A stretch of DNA of 63,654 nt, counting the filler, from Octopus bimaculoides (taxonomy: Eukaryota): NCBI RefSeq assembly GCF_001194135.2. It is 7 parts of 7 records of this genome, joined end to end, with 100 filler letters (N's around TTAATTAATTAA, not from the genome) between each part and the next. Parts side by side here need not be neighbours in the genome. Positions count along the whole stretch, not along the records: positions 61,834 to 63,654 come from NC_069003.1; 6 more parts are not named here. One strand, given 5' to 3'. The notes under the pieces are model-generated. The model made no database searches. It was given only the letters and a program-made list of their open reading frames with translations, and was not told where the DNA came from. Position numbers and translations under genes: made by a program. Below are positions 63,241 through 63,654 of this stretch, piece after piece (the first letter of the stretch is position 1; each line of letters begins with the position of its first letter).

Positions 63241-63654
63241 TATTATTATTATTATCATCATCATCATTATTTCAACATAAAATATTTCCCAACTCGATTA
63301 TAACAATCGCAAGACCGCCAAAGGCGATTGTCCACGAAGCATTCGGTAGAAAACGAAATAAGGTATAATGGACATTGTACGTATTAACTAGACTCAAGCG
63401 AAAATGCAAATTGCTTTCAACAATATATATGTAAATAGAATTATATTAATTATTTATCTTATTTCACGCATCATTCTGTTTTCTTTAAACTAAATTTGAC
63501 AAATCCGGAATGGGCATTTCTACGTATGCTTATCTATGTTTGTGTATATATACATATATATGTGTGTGTGTGTGTGTGTATCGGTGTGTGTGCATGCATG
63601 CAGATATATGTGTAAGTATATATATATATATATAAATATGTATATACTTATATA

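Overview
AT-rich, microsatellite-saturated, gap-ridden eukaryotic genomic DNA. Its repeat complement is most consistent with a coleoid cephalopod (Octopus-like); this is inference from the SINE families and the (TA)/(CA)/(TATC)/(TATG) density. I can support no host protein-coding gene, rRNA, functional tRNA or CRISPR array. Most listed ORFs are artefacts of microsatellites or N runs. The real coding signal is transposon debris: mariner (two loci), a DD37D/maT transposase, a CR1/L2-group LINE (RT C-terminus with 3' end, plus a separate APE endonuclease), three RTE fragments plus an RTE 3' tail, an R4/Dong-like RLE fragment, a Penelope-like RT and two non-autonomous Helitrons. At least four tRNA-derived SINE families are also present. 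The most coherent system visible is a modular SINE set: one tRNA/CORE head is joined through an internal microsatellite hinge to either a CR1-type or an RTE-type 3' tail, and both candidate partner LINEs occur in the window. Other notable structures are a mariner made of two inward-facing 5' ends, a 139-bp near-perfect foldback, twin Helitrons with different 3' cargo, and two sharply CpG-depleted domains (~21-28.4 kb, ~35.9-40.2 kb) that probably mark methylated gene bodies whose exons I could not identify. Six 100-bp N44-TTAATTAATTAA-N44 spacers are artificial joins, so adjacency across them is unproven. I found no evidence for a fundamentally new biological system; the findings are TE-architecture and genome-structure observations.
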